NCBI RefSeq assembly: GCF_006345805.1
Contig: NC_042999.1
Location: forward strand, 138,570,001 to 138,634,000
DNA length: 64,000 nucleotides
Source of the DNA: Octopus sinensis
Taxonomy: Eukaryota
Direction of reading: 5' to 3'
The first letter of the stretch is position 1. Each line of letters begins with the position of its first letter. The translations under genes and the position numbers were made by a program. The notes beneath the pieces are model-generated. The model made no database searches, had not been told where the DNA came from, and saw nothing but the letters and a program-made list of their open reading frames with translations. Positions 25,749 to 36,128 of the stretch are shown here, piece after piece.

Positions 25749-28700
25749 TAATAATAATAATAATATAATAATAATAAGAAGAAGAAGAAGAAGAAGAATT
25801 GTACAGAGCTAACTAATTCTTTAATAACAAATAAATTTTATTAGATATCAATAAACATTATTATTTTTAAAGAAATCATAATTTGCTGTCAAACTAAAAA
25901 ATGAACCACGTAGTTCGTGTAGATAAGCAACAGAGTAAATCTAGCTTAAATAAAACTTGTTATGTAATAAAATTTATTTTTGAGAGTTACGAAAATAAGA
26001 ATAGTTAATGTGACTTACATGTGTACATAAACATATATACATGTAACTATAAACAAATAAACATATTCTGCATAAACTGTTAAAGAAAAAAAAAAGCATG
26101 CACTCTTATACAAAAACATAAAATAATGTAGGCAATTTAGAAATGACTATTTCTTTTTAGTTTTTATTTGGTTTCTTTCTGAACTGAAAATGAAAACGAG
26201 AAATGCTAACCTACCATGAAAGCCTGCATCTTCACATTTAAGACATTTCTTTTAACTTACATTTATATAATTGGTATTATTAACTAACTAATAAACAAAA
26301 AAAACACTAAACAATTTAAATGGTGGCCGTAAATAGGACATGGCTAATATTTGGCTCTGAATATTTAGCCTTCCTAGTTCCTGTAAGGATTCAACAAGTG
26401 TCAAGAGAATAACGTAAAATGAGAACGGAAGGAAGAGAGAATAAGTGGGATATACAGAGAGAGGCCAACAGACAGTGGGAGGGAGGGAGTGATATTAAGA
26501 AATTGGAATGAGAGAGTTATTTACAAAACTACAAGGAGTGTATAGCAAATATATCTAGCGAAAAAGACGTCAGCTGAGGTTAAATCTACTGTCATAAAAT
26601 ACATGTATACATCAGAATTTACACAAACACATACATAAGCATACAAACATCCTATACTTGACCCCCTTCTTATTATGTCACCTCTAAGATAGACCAGCCA
26701 AATCATAGCAGTAATGTTTGATAAACTGTCTAGTTTTAATTACTTGTTTTTTTTTCTTTAAAGCATTTCAACTGTGTTTAAGATTAGCAGGCTATATACA
26801 TTGCTCTCTTTCTCTCTTTCCAAAACCATCTGCAAGAGAATAGCTTCTGATCAGATGTTGAATGATAAAGATATAAACGATAAAAAATATCTGAAGATAA
26901 TTACTGGTATCAAGTTGCAGTAGTTGTAATTAATCAGATAAAAACCAGTGTCAAGGTTGCAAGACAAAATTCAAAGAGCATACTTAGAGGGAAACTTCAA
27001 TTACAGGTCTGCATGTGACTAGCAGAGGAAATGCATTGGTTTTCTTGTACGAGTGAGAATATTACTGAAGGCACATTATAGTATCTAAACCCTATATAAG
27101 GGACACCAAGAACTATTTCAAAACAGCTTCCATTTGCAACAAATATATTCAGTTTATAATAAAGTGAGTGCTAGCAAACCTGATGCCTATTTTACTATTA
27201 AATTTTCCTACAGCAGGAATCTTGGAGATTTTTCATCCATCATAGTTTATAGGTTATCCTGGTCATGCATAGTGAAACCTTGTAACTGATTGCTGAGAAA
27301 GCTTCTGCACAGTAACACAACCTGCACAAAGCAGCAGCCAATTCTACCTCAAAGAAAATTGCTCACTGATTTTAAGGTAGAGAGCCATCATATTTTAAAT
27401 CTTTAACTTTAAGACAGCCTACTAATAAAAAAAAAACAGCCGGTAGAATAAGAATGTTAATCAAAAAAAGTTGACTGAAACACACATATGAAATATGGTA
27501 GCATATACAGAGTACCAGACTTGTGAGTTATTCCCAAGAAGTTTCATTTAGCCAATCAAACATCTTGGAAATTGCTCAGTCAAATAGAATACAGCTAAGA
27601 GTAATTTACTGGAGTCAATCTAACTGACTAACTCCATTCCACTAAAATTGTAGGCCAAGTTGAAAGCGTATACACATAGCTGGATTTAAAAAAAAAAAGC
27701 AAAAGTCATTGGAGTGTGGTTAGAAGGAGAGAAAAGAAACAAAGTTAGATTTTACAACTAGTTGCACTTCAGAATTCTAAGCAGAGACCAAGGGTTGATA
27801 AATAAATGAAAATGTTTTCTGTGAACAATTCTTTAAACAGTATGCACAAATATATCAAAATACATCACCAATATTAAAATGGATGGAAACAATATTTAAA
27901 AAAGAATAACTAAAAATAAAAGCCATCTCAACTGCATTGTCACTGAAATAACAAATACAAGAATCAAGTTTGGATGAGGGATAACAGAGAAATTTTTTTC
28001 TCTGGGATAAAGTAGTCCATTGAATCAATCTTATGCTGATGCAAAAAGATAAATAAATTTAACTCTGGCAAAATTATAACCAAGAGCACTTTAAGTATGG
28101 AAATAGTTACAGTAATATGTATATTTGTATGTATATGTGTGTGTGTGCATGTGCTGTGTGTATATACATACATTTTAGTTTTAATAATCAACAAAAGTTA
28201 CAGAGTGACTCAAGGGGTGAGAGATAAATGTGTTGGCAACACATGTAACTCTTGGCCCTTGAGTTGCTCTGTAACTTCTGCTAGTTATTAATAATAAACA
28301 TATATGTGCTCATGTTTTTAATTCTATTTTCCTGTTTATATATATACATATAGTCAGGTATACTACTGCTTCAAATGCTTTATTATAGGCCAAACATTAA
28401 TAACAACATTTTAGACTGATCAGTTTAAAGAACTATGATAAATACATACCTTATAAAGTTTTTTTTCCACTGATTGTTCCCACAGCTGCTTATCATAGGA
28501 GCCAATCTGGATGAAGAAAAGATTAGTACACACATCAGAATGTTTAATACAGGCACAAAGCGACAAATTTTGAAAGAGGGAACAATACTTGATTGGTGCA
28601 TATTTTTTGCCAACTCCTTCCCACCAGAAGGATTAAAATCAAAATCAACCGGAGTGGAATTGAACTCAAATGTACAGAGATGTAATAGAAAGGCATTTTG

Positions 28701-31700
28701 AGAGCACAACTGATTCTGCTATCCACCCACCTTTTAATATGCAAAACATACCAGCATTATGTTTAAGAAAATGCATGGATATTTATTATATGAAATTTTA
28801 AAGAAGGTAACGAAGAAAAATTTGAAGACCAGAGTAATTAATAAATCTGATTAAACTAGGTGCACAACACATGGCATTATTTTGAGAACATTGGTTACAA
28901 ATATGACCGTTCATACCAAGTCAGCCGATACAATATTTAATTTGTATATGGTCACTAAAGTGAGATTGCAGCCACACATGTCCAGCCCTGTTAAGAATAG
29001 CCCTGATGCATCAGGCGATATGATATGCTTGAGAAGATCTACTGAGTCAAGTAAAAACCAATATCGTAGCTGGGGCTGGTGCCCCTGACTGGCTCCTGTG
29101 CTGGTGGCACGTAAAAAGCACCGACTGAATGTGGCTGATGCCTGTACCCCCTGACTGGCTCCCATACCGGTGGCACATAAAAAGGACCATCTGAACGCCA
29201 TTGTTGCTGGTCCCTGTGTCAGTGGCGCATAAAAAGCACCCACTACACTCTCGGAGTGGTTGGCATTAGGAAGGACATCCAGCTGTAGAAAAATTGCCAG
29301 ATCAGATTGGAGACTGTTGCAGCTGCTGGCCCTCCAGGCCTCAGTCAAACCGTCCAGCCCAATCCAGCATGGAAAACGGACATTAAACGATGATGAATAC
29401 CTTTTATTAAATGACCATTCATCTAATTTCCATCTGCCATAACAAATAAAAAGTATCTATATATAAAAATTCAGAAGCTGATCAAAAATATGTGGTGTAA
29501 TAAAACTGGTTTCCACAAAGCTAATTTTTATTTCTTTTATTTTTTGGAGAAAGGGGAAAGGATCCAAATTCACATCCAGTTTGGTACTAAGTACACATCC
29601 ATGAAAATGAGACAGCTCTGATGATGATCAAAAATCAATCCAACTGAAAAGTAGTCAGTTTTCATTCTTAAAACGAGATTAACAATTATAGTTTTATTAA
29701 GGGAAAAATTTATTAAATATATTCCACTACCTTACTGATATTTATATAAATAGTAAACATAACAGTTAGAAACATTTGAAGAATATTTTTAAATTTCTGT
29801 TTTTTACTTTTTTGTCCATTTCCTTACCTTAGAAATAAGAAAGTTGGACATAAATCACAATAAATAGCAAGGTATATTTTGATAACAAAAATTTTTTTGG
29901 TGATGTATACACATATTATCAAAGACTATTTTGTACAATTATTTAATCTAGAATAAAATAGTTGTGCATTAATAAAATCAATTACATCACTACCTAACAT
30001 GTTTGCTATGATTTATCCATAAGGCTTGTTTAAATTCCACTTACCAGTTTCCTAGACATTGCAAAGTCCCAACTATTGCATTACATGCGCACTGCATGCC
30101 ACCACATAATGTGAAAATCAGTTACACCCACAACACCATTACATTCTAAGACAGAGTGTGTATGTGTGTGTAATGCAGAAAAATTGTTATCAACATCATC
30201 ATCAAAATATAAAAAAATATCTCACCTTTCTACTTTAAGACTATTAATCTTTAACTGGAAATAAATCTCTTGAGACTTAAGACAGCTGAAGACTTTATCT
30301 TACTGTCTTTTAAATAATTCTTTTAACCAATTAATCAATAGCATCATTCTCACTGGTCAATAATACAGCTAGTTACTGCTGGGTCATTGCTATCATATGT
30401 GCACCTTTGATAAGTTGTAGTGCACCTGAGCACTATATACAATAATTTCATTATTATCATTTTTATCATAGAGAATTTCATCTTCTCTTCCATCCATTAG
30501 TTTGCTGGTTCAACATTTTTAAAAATGCCTTTAGTATTACTTCTAAATCCACAGCCACTTGTGACATAACTGTACAATAGAAAGTGATTTCAGTTATCCT
30601 GTTGGGCTTAATAAATTTCCAATGGTTATCCACTTGTTCCAGTCTTCTGGCCTAAAACAACTGAATAGTTGGTTGCTGACTGAAATATCAAGCGTCTGCA
30701 ATTTATAACTGTTTGTTCAGTTTTTAAGCTTTTTTTTCTTTGTTGCTTGTGTTTTGTGGGTTTAGAATCATGTACACTCCGGTAAAGCTGGTTTATTCAA
30801 CAAATCATCTCTATTTAGTATTTTACCATCCATTTTCACATGACCTTCATCCAATCTCCTTTTATAATGGACATAATTTTGGATGTGATATTTTCCTTGA
30901 CAATATTCCTTTGGTTTAGAAATTAGTAGAAGTGAGAGCTTTATGTCATCTGAACAAGAAACCAAAACAACCAGCAGCAGGATTTTCATGCCCACCTGTC
31001 ATAATAGTCACCATCTGCTCACCTTGTTTTCAATAGCTTTGTCTGACAATACAATGAATATTATTGATTCATCATCCCTATTACCTATTTGTCCTAGTTC
31101 ATAATTTATGAAATTATGTCTGTGCAATCCTGGTCTTTATGAAATGGTAGCACAAAAATGAAAATCCAACAAACAACTGCTAATACATCTCCCTTTTCTG
31201 CTTATCTCCTTGCCCTTGCTGAGCATTTTACTGTCTTTGAGACTGTGTATGCCAATATATCATCGACTGTGTATTCATATTTTATTAGCTTTCTCCAACT
31301 GTGTGATTTTGATTCATTATGATGAAATCCATGTTTTCTCACCCCCTGTATTTTGTTTCCAGTTAACAATGATCCATACAACCACTTAACTGTTTATCAT
31401 AGTGGCATAGTCAATAAATTGTAGCTAGTAACTCACTGTGAAAGTCTGTCTTTTCTGCTAAGTTATCATTGAGCATTGTTGAAGAGAAGGATTATCAACC
31501 AAATAACTCAACTAATTGCTAATAGATGGCACCTACTCCAATGACACTTCTGCTAGTCAACAAAATATATTAAGACATCATCATTGTTAAGTCACCATCA
31601 TCAGTAGTTTTTTAAAATTTAAATATTGGGGGATAAGCTTCATATATAGATTGTGAGAGGTTGTTCGATGTTGAATGGTTGATTAAAGTTGAATTAATAT

Positions 31701-32446
31701 TTTTTCTTTATTGGTATTTTGTAATATATTTGTGTTAATAGTATTTCTTTATGATTAATTAAATAAATTTCTTTAAATTGATTAAAGTAAAATATAATGT
31801 TAAAATGAGTATTATTATGTAGGTCATTTAATGTATGTTGCCTATACTGGCATGGGTTGGACAGTTTGACTGGGCTGGCATGTTGGAAGACTGTACCAGA
31901 CTCCAGTCTGATTTGGCATGGTTTTCTACAGCTGGATGCCCTTCCTAATGCCAACCACTCCAAGAGTGTAATAGGTGCTTTTACATGTCACCGACACAGG
32001 TGCCAATTTGCATGACACCGGTATCTAAACAAACCAAAAGGTGTTCTCTTACCAATACCAATAAACCATTGTAAACTTCTTACAAGTTATCATCAACATA
32101 TTACAAAACTTAATAAATATGGTAATCACATGTAAATTGTAACAGTAGACTTATATTATGAAACTGGGGTTCTCATGAGTATCCAGCAGTCAAACACCAC
32201 TCTACAACCTCACCTTTTAGTAATAAGGTGTAAGATTAGCTATTACATAGTTTTCATCAGGGGTTACATCTCAAAACCAAATGGTACCAACAATGTAATG
32301 CGTTTGGTAAACTACTTGTAGAACAGGTGAAAGAAATGAGATAAAGGAAAATATGGGAAGAGTACAAGAGAGCATAATCTTACCCTTTTTTGATAACAGG
32401 CTATTATATCATGGATCTTAAGCATGGCTCCCAGTTTGGGTACCAT
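1676..32446 (-). CDS. Phtf: Phtf (PHTF1/2 family multi-pass membrane protein), spliced CDS, 3'-partial. Coding exons: 32384-32446, 28450-28506, 19661-19730, 18936-19032, 17807-17921, 15571-15698, 13887-14892, 10296-10475, 6241-6292, 1676-1931
   Basis: Manual splicing gives one open frame of 2024 nt with matching phases at every junction. Joined peptide MVPKLGAMLKIHDIIACYQKR|IGSYDKQLWEQSVEKKLYK|SINNVPRRIGRMKTEFIDVDLVR G|STFTKAKPQVPWTRITQRAVLRVMFFPLYYKW|WIQQTS... and ...PDK V|SCVIWEGDECQKVDLTALHISWVIIEKV matches PHTF motifs recalled from memory (YQKKIGxYDxQxWExSVE, IDVDLVRGSxFxKAKP, IxWEGxxCKKxDxSxLxIS). An in-frame TGA lies upstream of ATG 32446. The C-terminal exons are not in the window. Confidence 0.93.
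3548..4820 (+). mobile_element. Full-length decayed mariner DNA transposon (D,D34D) in Phtf intron 10
   Basis: 30-bp TIRs 3548-3577 and 4791-4820 (25/30 match) with terminal TA. Transposase 3727-4743 begins MEMTKVHIWHILLYEFNKG and has LTGDEKWILY, HQDN and PYSQDIAPSDY with 34-residue D-D spacing. Several stops and frameshifts. Confidence 0.95.
5250..5465 (+). mobile_element. Old RTE LINE fragment
   Basis: Degenerate RVKGKL.DAC....LHDSE....RLERNEA...LREKMG pattern. Confidence 0.55.
6241..6292 (-). CDS. Phtf: Phtf exon 10 (PGNLAAGHGSHIPPPDK) ending at a GC donor
   Basis: 52 nt, phase 0-1; acceptor gatttgttttttcAG; donor AAAG|GCAAGT. It supplies the phase change needed between exons 9 and 11 and yields DKVSCVIWEG. 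Confidence 0.82.
9358..9566 (-). mobile_element. tRNA-derived SINE family A
   Basis: Reverse complement carries the B-box-like ttcaaattc and the central tttgcctttcatcctttcagggtc block. Confidence 0.85.
10296..10475 (-). CDS. Phtf: Phtf exon 9 (PMLSSEEWDDRMHS...SSCTSEAE...NLLQS)
   Basis: 180 nt, phase 0-0; acceptor cttatgttgcAG, donor TCA|GTATGA; SSCTSE motif as in PHTF. Confidence 0.82.
13887..14892 (-). CDS. Phtf: Phtf exon 8, 1006-nt exon encoding a ~335-aa Ser/Asn/Lys-rich region
   Basis: The frame of ORF 13707..14765 stays open upstream to acceptor ttttaatatAG (14894-14893). Donor AGAAAG|GTAAGA at 13886. Phases 2-0 fit both neighbours. Confidence 0.88.
15571..15698 (-). CDS. Phtf: Phtf exon 7 (SVTISEVSFPALLMLILGLMHSQTV...LLLQR; transmembrane segment)
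   Basis: 128 nt, phase 0-2; acceptor ctatttcAG, donor AAAG|GTACGA; resembles PHTF EVxxPxxLMLxLGxxHxQxV. Confidence 0.92.
16197..16410 (-). mobile_element. tRNA-derived SINE family A
   Basis: Co-linear with the copy at 21100-21312, opposite orientation. Confidence 0.85.
17807..17921 (-). CDS. Phtf: Phtf exon 6 (WIQQTSRSFWLAMLVLYTFQLVAIVLYISNVGEYLKTE; transmembrane segment)
   Basis: 115 nt, phase 2-0; acceptor tttttcAG, donor GAG|GTAAGA; lies inside ORF 17792..18019. Confidence 0.93.
18936..19032 (-). CDS. Phtf: Phtf exon 5 (STFTKAKPQVPWTRITQRAVLRVMFFPLYYKW)
   Basis: 97 nt, phase 1-2; acceptor ttcattcAG, donor AATG|GTGAGT. Confidence 0.94.
19661..19730 (-). CDS. Phtf: Phtf exon 4 (SINNVPRRIGRMKTEFIDVDLVRG)
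   Basis: 70 nt, phase 0-1; acceptor ctttttttAG, donor CGAG|GTAAGA; IDVDLVRG motif. Confidence 0.94.
20464..20830 (-). mobile_element. Composite SINE: family-B head + (TG)n + body D ending in the RTE-type (TGA)n terminal module
   Basis: Body D recurs at ~58150-58390 and ~60235-60465 (minus), 42010-42125 (plus) and 20300-20430 (plus). Confidence 0.75.
21100..21312 (+). mobile_element. tRNA-derived SINE family A
   Basis: gctggcagac..gttagcacgccgg..gagttcaaattccgcc..tttgcctttcatcctttcgggg..ggccttg..agtagaaaagaat. Confidence 0.9.
21849..21912. repeat. (TA)n microsatellite
   Basis: Read directly; similar tracts at 24668-24697, 35145-35220, 43438-43490, 45070-45091, 52851-52876. Confidence 0.97.
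21913..23397 (+). mobile_element. Full-length decayed Tc1-family transposon (DD34E) inserted in a (TA)n tract, Phtf intron 3
   Basis: 22-bp TIRs aactgaac(t/c)acaaaagaaatgt (21/22) flanked by TA. Transposase ~22211-23199 has a paired-like N-terminus, FSDES and FQHDN...PDLNPIE with 34-residue spacing. Multiple stops. Confidence 0.93.
23631..23846. mobile_element. MITE-like element with 51-bp inverted arms
   Basis: Arms 23631-23681 and 23796-23846 match 44/51 without gaps. Confidence 0.7.
24861..25056. mobile_element. Foldback/MITE: 96-bp inverted arms with 4-nt loop
   Basis: Arms 24861-24956 and 24961-25056 match 82/96 without gaps; loop gttc. Confidence 0.8.
25657..25797. repeat. Compound (GTT)n/(AAT)n/(GAA)n microsatellite
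   Basis: Read directly; includes a duplicated 20-bp interrupted unit at 25681-25720. Confidence 0.95.
28450..28506 (-). CDS. Phtf: Phtf exon 3 (IGSYDKQLWEQSVEKKLYK)
   Basis: 57 nt, phase 0-0; acceptor cttcatccAG, donor AAG|GTATGT; strong PHTF N-terminal motif. Confidence 0.93.
28945..29397 (+). mobile_element. RTE LINE 3' UTR fragment with three tandem units and (GAT)n terminal module
   Basis: Same aaagtgagattgcagcc start as the UTR at 56930; ggcac(g/a)taaaaagcacc units; gagtggttggcattaggaagg module. Confidence 0.8.
31803..32025 (-). mobile_element. RTE-type terminal module copy in Phtf intron 2
   Basis: Reverse complement of gagtggttggcattaggaagggcatccagctgtagaaaaccatgccaaatcagactgg...cccatgccag. 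Confidence 0.8.
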
Positions 32447-32495
32447 GGGGAGAATTCCTCTTTGCCTCCAAAAATTTCAGTAATTTTTACTTTCC
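32384..32495 (-). CDS. Phtf: Phtf exon 2 (49 nt 5'UTR + first 21 codons, MVPKLGAMLKIHDIIACYQKR)
   Basis: Acceptor ttattttacAG at 32497-32496; donor AGG|GTAAGA at 32383; ATG at 32446, second in-frame ATG at 32425. Confidence 0.85.
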
Positions 32496-32702
32496 CTGTA
32501 AAATAACAATAAAAATAAAAAATAACATTTTCTGAAAAATACTTATTGAAATATTTAGAAGTAGTTTCAAAAGTAATTTAGTTCATAAAAAAAAAAAAGT
32601 TATTATATGAAATATCTTTTTAATATATAAAAATATACACAAATAACGATATCTCTCTCTCCCTCCCTCTCACACACACACACACTAAATACTTATACTC
32701 AC

Positions 32703-32900
32703 CGACTACCTCATAACCTTTCTAATTGTCTGTGCCGTCATGTTTTAGAGTTGTGGGCCATTAAAGAAGTGTGCAGATTGGCTGTTACTGTATAAGCTTA
32801 ATCCGAAGCTTACGAAGACTACAACAATAGTGAAAAACAGATTACCAAAACAGACGCCAAACACGAGTTAATCAGAGACCCAATAGATCAATTTCTATGA
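32703..32900 (-). other. Phtf: Putative non-coding first exon of Phtf (3' boundary 32703; 5' boundary approximate)
   Basis: Consensus donor GTCG|GTGAGTAT at 32702 in a CpG-containing stretch, ~200 bp from the strong acceptor at 32496. The TSS is not determinable from sequence. Confidence 0.55.
32706..32761 (-). promoter_or_regulatory. Two overlapping uORFs in the putative Phtf 5'UTR: MAHNSKT* (32761-32738) and MTAQTIRKVMR* (32741-32706)
   Basis: Read directly; uORF1 stop overlaps uORF2 start as ATGA. Only meaningful if the TSS lies above 32761. Confidence 0.4.
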
Positions 32901-34257
32901 ACGCATCAAGTGCAATTAGCTCATCTTCTCTCAGACTCCAGATAACAGACATAGTAGGCAGAATATTTGCATGATAACAATTAAAAGAGAGATAAAACCA
33001 ATGTTATACTTTACTGAAATATAATGACTACCACAAACAATCTGCAGGTTGCATGGAATTCATTTTAAATTTTAGTATCTCATTACTGCACGAGATAAGA
33101 AAAGTTATCGGGAATGAAGAAAATAAAATTTGTAACATACAAAAAAAAAATAATAAATAAATAAAATAAAAGAATATTTAAAATGAGTGGTATCTTAGTT
33201 AAGGGGTTTTGTTGTAGCAACAATGACAGTGCACACGTGCAAAAAGTGGGAATTTTAACCGTATTAGGAAAACAGCATTAAGACGGTACTATTTTTCTTT
33301 TATCGATATTAATATTTATTGATTCCTCTTCGAAGGAAGAGAAAAGTGAAACGCGGAACATTTTATTCGTCTAAGAAAAACACAATAACGTTGGTAACTA
33401 TGTATACAGGTGAATCATTTATTGAATGTGATTTAATTTTCTATTCAGGAATAGCAACAAAAGAGTTATCTTCCCATTATTATTATTTTTTTTTTTATGG
33501 AGGGGAGAAGACTCATGAGATTATTATTGTTAAGTAATCTGAAACTAGTAAAAAGAATAAAAGTTACCAATATTTAGGATTGGAATATGTGTAAAGAAAA
33601 CTTACGAACAATGATAATAGAAATCAAGTTACAAAATTACAAAAGATGTCCAATACAATCTGATTGAAAGGAATAGACGTTGCGATAGTTTCGATGAATG
33701 AAGGAGCGTTCCAGGTGCTCAAATCATTGAAACTATTTACATACTGTATTACAATCTGTGGTTGAGCATTCCACGAGTACATACATAAAGCAATCTTTCA
33801 GTGGGGGCAGCTTAATAGTGTGTAACAGGAACGGCTCGTTGAATGCAGATTCAGTCCAACCAACACCTCCCACACAGTTTCCATCAATTCAATTTTACTC
33901 AAGCTTACGTAAACAGAAACTGTCCCCAAGGTTCTGCACCTAAGATTGAAACTATAACAATTTGACTACAACTATGTAGTAATATGATTCCTAACTATGA
34001 ATCAACTTTCAGTACATAATACTAAATCGATGACAGAGGAAATTCAATATCGATCTAAATAGGATCTCAACTCAAAATGAAAACGGATGTAATTAAATAA
34101 TGCCGCTTCGTTTCTTTAATATGCTACGTTCAATATATCTAACTTAGGCACAATGCTGCTCGTTAAAAGAGAAGGGTATGCTTGATTACTTTAACCCTAC
34201 CGCCTTAGCCATTTCACCATTGCATAAATAACTTAATATTATTTTGTGTAAAGAAAG

Positions 34258-34612
34258 GTTAGCACGCCAGACGAAATGCTCAGCAGTATTTCGTCTGTCG
34301 CTACGTTCTGAGTTCAAATTCCGCCGAGGTCGACTTTGCCTTTCATCCTTTCGGGGTCGATTAAATAAGTACCAGTTACGCACTGGGTCGATATAATCGA
34401 CTTAATTCGTTTGTCCCTTCTGTGTTTAGCCCCTTGTGGGTAGTAAAGAAATAGAAACAGGTATTTCGACTACCTTTACGTTCTGAGTTCAAATTCCGCC
34501 GAGGTCGATTCAGGGTCAATAAATTAAGTACCAATTGTGTACTGAAATAGATCTAATCGTCTGGTCCCCTCTCTGCAAAATTTCAGGCCTTGTGCATAGA
34601 GTAGAAAAGAAT
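34258..34612 (+). mobile_element. Head-to-tail dimer of two family-A SINE subtypes
   Basis: Monomer 1 ends ccccttgtgggtagtaaagaaatag; monomer 2 (5'-truncated) ends ggccttgtgcatagagtagaaaagaat; flanking 16-mers match 14/16. Confidence 0.85.
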
Positions 34613-34941
34613 ATTAATTTGTATAATATGGTGTCTATTTTTAAAGGAAGTTATAGTCAGGCTAGCAGAGATAAGTCTAATACACCAGATATTTGTATTT
34701 AAATCTATAAAGTAAAATCTAGACAAGAGGAAGCTTAAACGCACTTACAAAAGCGAATATAAGACCCTCCACTAGATGGGATGCCAGTTCGTCGTAGGGT
34801 AAGTCCCACCTTTCACTGGTACTCATTTCAGCTAAATAGACTGAAGTACCGTGAAAGTAAGTACCTTGCTCAAGGACAACGTGTTGCCCGGTCAGAGAAT
34901 CGAACCCATAATATAACGATTGCGAACCCAACATTTATATA

Positions 34942-35068
34942 TAAGAGACGACGATAATGCCATTTAATCCCAGGAAGACATCCCCTCCAGCTGGTTTATT
35001 CAGTGAGCACTGAATAAACCAGCTGGAGAGGTCTTCCTGGGGTTAAATGGTAGTATCGTCGTCTCTTA
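34942..35068. repeat. 127-bp near-perfect palindrome
   Basis: taagagacgacgata...ctccagctggtttattcagtg-AG-cactgaataaaccagctggag...tatcgtcgtctctta; only a few mismatches and one small bulge. Confidence 0.92.
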
Positions 35069-35158
35069 GAGGACAGCCACATTAAAGTGACCGTAAGCAA
35101 TACTTTTTGCTTCGTAAACTGCTTCTATCTCGAAGAGAAATTTTGTAACAGACTATAT

Positions 35159-35223
<65 letters not shown>

Positions 35224-35859
35224 TTTCTTGATTGTGGCTGTACAACGAATTCGGTGACAATCTGATGACAGTACCTTCGAAAACTTGATATACAGTTCCT
35301 AGTGCACTAGAAACATACTAAGCTGGAAAAGCTAGTTAATCTCAGTGTATATCTCTTCTCTCGCTTGTCCTGGTAATGCTGAGCGCGTTTCTCTTCCATA
35401 TTTTAAATCCCCACTCTAATAGTAAGAGCGTTAGAATGAACGGCTAACTGGTACTTTTTATTAAAAGGATTGACGGTACTCTTTTCTTCAAAGTAGTCTT
35501 CAGTTAGTCTTTGAATCATCTCTGTCCTTTAAAGCAGGCAATGACTGATGAGGATAGAAGGTTGTTCAGCACACAGTAGATGTTAATGGCTTCGAGGGGC
35601 TAGTACAACATAATTCATACAGCTAACACATTGAGACACTTCAACACCTTTAACAACTAGTATCTATAGAAGTTCCTTTATAAAACAAAACATACAAATC
35701 TGCACGTATACATACATACGTACAAACAAACAAACAAAAAAAATACCCTGTTGTTGATGCTGAAATTCCAATAGAGGAGCTTTGGATCTAGGTTAGAATC
35801 CGGCTCTTTCTCTATTGGCAAATCTTGAAATAAAACTGAATAATGATATGCATGCACAC

Positions 35860-36081
35860 AATGGAGGTGGGGTGAAAGATTCCTGGCGTTTAGGGTATCG
35901 CGAAAGGCCTAGTTGGAGGTTCAACCGCCAGAGTTCTTTTACAAGGCTCAGAAAAGCCGAAGGATCGCTGCAATAAGTGTGTGAATCGGAGAGGGTAATA
36001 TGTTGAATATAATCATAATTACCTGATCCTCCTGTACTTTTTTTTTCCCCCAAAGCCAGAAACTTTTCAGCATCCTCTCGT
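35860..36081 (+). mobile_element. 3' end of a second mariner family (transposase C-terminus + right TIR)
   Basis: Reads LEVQPPEFFYK...RCNKCVNRRG*YVE* (mariner C-terminus pattern), ending in a TIR-like aaagccagaaacttttcagcatcctctcgt. Confidence 0.7.
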
Positions 36082-36128
36082 GTATGTGTGTACACACATA
36101 CAAACATACACACATCGTTATGTAAATA

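Larger units (their letters stand above)
32700..33450 (-). promoter_or_regulatory. Probable Phtf promoter region
   Basis: Immediately upstream of the first exon; CpG dinucleotides are visibly more frequent than in the Phtf introns. No specific core element is claimed. Confidence 0.4.

Noticed and set aside
28474-28701. 75-aa plus-strand ORF
   Set aside because: Non-ATG start, antisense across Phtf exon 3 and its acceptor; no recognisable motif.
35885-35932. Structured ncRNA (ctggcg...cgccag stem with inner hairpins)
   Set aside because: The same bases translate as a mariner transposase C-terminus leading to a TIR; the stem is probably incidental.
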